Of a DNA stretch of 64,000 nucleotides, positions 61,995 to 64,000 are shown in pieces (positions within the stretch are counted from its first letter, which is position 1; every line of letters starts with the position of its first letter). The stretch spans positions 12,670 through 76,669 of the forward strand of contig CAZZBH010000001.1 in NCBI GenBank assembly GCA_964652605.1, written 5' to 3'. A model generated the notes under the pieces. That model was not told where the DNA came from and made no database searches. It worked only from the letters and a program-made list of their open reading frames with translations. The stretch comes from an uncultured Planctomycetaceae bacterium (GTDB taxonomy: Bacteria; Planctomycetota; UBA8742; UBA2392). Position numbers and translations under genes: made by a program.

Positions 61995-64000
61995 CTACGC
62001 CCTGCGGCGACGCCAGGCTGTTGCTGCCCCCAGCATTACCAGGGCGATCGCAGCCGGCAGCCACGGGCCGCTGCCCGCCGAGCAGGAACCGTTGCTGTCC
62101 GATGAGCTGTCGCCGGTGCTGTACTTGAACGTCTGCGTCAAGGTCTGCGGCGGCAAGGTGCCGCTGGTGACCACAATCTGCAGGCCCGAGCCCGTCCCCG
62201 GGGGAACAGTCAACCCGGTTACCTGCGTGCCGCCGGAGATCACGGCTGTACCCGGGCAGATCACGCCGTCAATCGTCACACTGAACGGCTGCATGAACCC
62301 GCTTCCCTGGATGTTGATGGCTTTGCCGCCCTTGGGCAGGTCACTCGCCGGTGCAAACAGGGACACGTTGAACTCGATGGCACCCAGCGTGACGCACGTA
62401 GGCGCAGGCGTGCCAAGCAGGACACCCGATGTCGCGGACACATCTCCGCTACCCGCGATCGACAGTACGAACGTTTCGGGCGTGGCTGCGATGCCCATGC
62501 CGGCGTTCGAGGAAAGCCCGATGCGCACCCAGATGTCTGCTGTTGAGGCGCCGGGCACGGCCACTGCGGGGCTTAGCGTGGCCGTCACCAGCGCAGCGCC
62601 GCCACCCTGGAACACCGGCGTATCCAGCCCGGCGTCAAACACGCCGTCGCCATCGTCCAGGAAAAGCTGCACGCCGCTGGTGCTGTCAATATCTGAGCCC
62701 CAGTCGCCGGTGCCCGTGCCCGTCAAATTGATGCTGTTGACCGTCGCCGGGCCGTTCAGCGCATGAAGCCGGAACTGGCCGACGAGATAGTTCGCCGCCG
62801 TGCCGCCACGGTGCGTTGTTGCCGTCGGCTGGTTGGGGCCGTTGCTTACCGTCAGCACAGCCACGTCGATGATCAACGCGGTGCTGTCAGCCGTCGGGAT
62901 GCCCGTCGTGGAGCCTCCTGGCGGCGGCGTCGCTGCAATGCTCTCAAGGTTTGCATTGAAGGTCTGACCCGCCAGAGCGCTGCCGTTCAGCTTGCCGGTC
63001 AGGAAGAACCGCCGGCTTGTCGCGGCGGCAAGGGTTGAGTTCGTCAGGTTGAAGCTTACGGCGCCGCCTGCAAAGGAAGTCGTCGTGCCCGAAGCAAGCG
63101 AAGCCGTGGCTGATCCTGCCCACCCGCCGCCGCCCGAAGACTCCCACAGTGCCAGCTCAGAGAACGCGTTGTTCGCGTCGCCGGTGCCTGCGGCATTGAA
63201 GGTCATGCTGGATACCGTCCATGCGCCGCCCGGCGCGGCGGCCAGCGTGACGTCACACAGCAGCTCGCCGTCGCCGGTGGAGCCCTGCGAGTCACTGTCA
63301 ATCGTCAGGGCAGCGCCCGGGCCATTCAAGGTCGCAATCAGCACACTGGCGCTGATCTCAAGGCCCGGCGCGCCATTGGTGTTCGGCGCCGGCAGGCCCA
63401 TCACGTTCGGCGCAAGCCCGCCCACCGCCGCTGCCGAGACGTAGCATTGAAGCGTCTCGCCGTCGCCCGCGTTGTTGTTGAGATTGTGCACGACAAAGAA
63501 TGTACGTGTCTGGCCAGCCTGCATGTTCGACATCGACGACAGGTCGAAGGTGGCTGTGCCGTTGTCGGCTGAGAACGACTGGGTATCCAGCAGTGTGTCG
63601 CCGCCGCTCAAGTCGCCGGAGGTGTCGGAGTCAAGCCACAACTGCGTGTTGACCAGGTCGTCCACCTCGTGCGCGGTGCCAAGGCCGGTTACAGTCACCG
63701 ATGTGGGCTTGTCGTCCGGGCCGTCCGGATAGGCAATGGTGAAAATCTGGCATACGTTGTCGCTTGAGCCAAGGTACACGGTGCTGGGCAGGGCGGGGCT
63801 TGCGTCAGTGAACACGAAGGCAGGCGTGGCGATGATCAGCCCCAGCATCTCGGCGGTAGGAAAGCCGACGGCGGAACCGGACCCGACAGTGAGCCCGGAA
63901 ACAATGTAGTTGAAGGTTTGCCCTGCCGAGGCTGTGCCAGCCAGCTTGACCACAACGAAGTAGGTCCGGGTGTCATTGACCAGAAAGCCTTGGTAGGCAG
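61995..64000 (-). CDS. large surface protein (5' end outside the window) with an IPT/TIG-like module and a Cys-CTERM signal
   Basis: The frame stays open to the window edge. Repetitive Gly/Thr/Ser-rich beta modules are present, plus an IPT-like GGKAINIQGSGFMQPFSVTIDGVICPG. The C-terminus is NGSCSAGSGPWLPAAIALVMLGAATAWRRRRA. Confidence 0.65.
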   Translation of the reverse strand, partial: AYQGFLVNDTRTYFVVVKLAGTASAGQTFNYIVSGLTVGSGSAVGFPTAEMLGLIIATPAFVFTDASPALPSTVYLGSSDNVCQIFTIAYPDGPDDKPTSVTVTGLGTAHEVDDLVNTQLWLDSDTSGDLSGGDTLLDTQSFSADNGTATFDLSSMSNMQAGQTRTFFVVHNLNNNAGDGETLQCYVSAAAVGGLAPNVMGLPAPNTNGAPGLEISASVLIATLNGPGAALTIDSDSQGSTGDGELLCDVTLAAAPGGAWTVSSMTFNAAGTGDANNAFSELALWESSGGGGWAGSATASLASGTTTSFAGGAVSFNLTNSTLAAATSRRFFLTGKLNGSALAGQTFNANLESIAATPPPGGSTTGIPTADSTALIIDVAVLTVSNGPNQPTATTHRGGTAANYLVGQFRLHALNGPATVNSINLTGTGTGDWGSDIDSTSGVQLFLDDGDGVFDAGLDTPVFQGGGAALVTATLSPAVAVPGASTADIWVRIGLSSNAGMGIAATPETFVLSIAGSGDVSATSGVLLGTPAPTCVTLGAIEFNVSLFAPASDLPKGGKAINIQGSGFMQPFSVTIDGVICPGTAVISGGTQVTGLTVPPGTGSGLQIVVTSGTLPPQTLTQTFKYSTGDSSSDSNGSCSAGSGPWLPAAIALVMLGAATAWRRRRA

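Overview
This is a high-GC bacterial chromosomal segment: sampled 60-nt lines are mostly about 65-73% G+C. It is densely coded on both strands. The taxon cannot be determined from the sequence. An RND/epimerase pair of the hopanoid-associated type, a prenyltransferase-repeat anti-sigma-like protein and many giant surface proteins are reminiscent of Planctomycetota-like genomes, but that is inference only. Recognisable core genes are tRNA-Gly(GCC), an acyl-CoA carboxyltransferase, a P-type ATPase, a hybrid PAS histidine kinase, an M28 peptidase, NAD+ synthetase, TldD and PmbA, TyrRS, MutL, TatD, an MMPL/RND transporter with a divergent NAD-epimerase, an Aas-like acyltransferase/acyl-ACP synthetase, UppS and a GNAT. 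The accessory or unusual content, in order of interest, is as follows. (1) A low-GC four-gene cassette at 53.5-58.4 kb encodes an orphan HK97-fold capsid/encapsulin-like protein, an 86-aa protein, a 743-aa protein ending in a metzincin HELGHNAGILH motif, and a lipoprotein. No phage morphogenesis genes accompany it, so I rate it the best candidate for an undescribed system. (2) A 1504-bp tandem duplication (41937-44944) with identical ORF-track translations spans the tyrS 5' part, a histone-H1-like gene and the mutL 5' end. (3) A DUF433/DUF5615 toxin-antitoxin pair is inserted at the 3' end of the carboxyltransferase gene and bounded by 124-bp direct repeats. (4) Five surface proteins share a Cys-containing C-terminal sorting signal. 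(5) Two unknown small genes sit between tldD and pmbA. (6) A family of intergenic hairpins has arms built from tandem 7-10-nt words. Many long antisense ORFs in the track are treated as high-GC artefacts. All product calls rest on motif recognition by eye, because no searches were possible.
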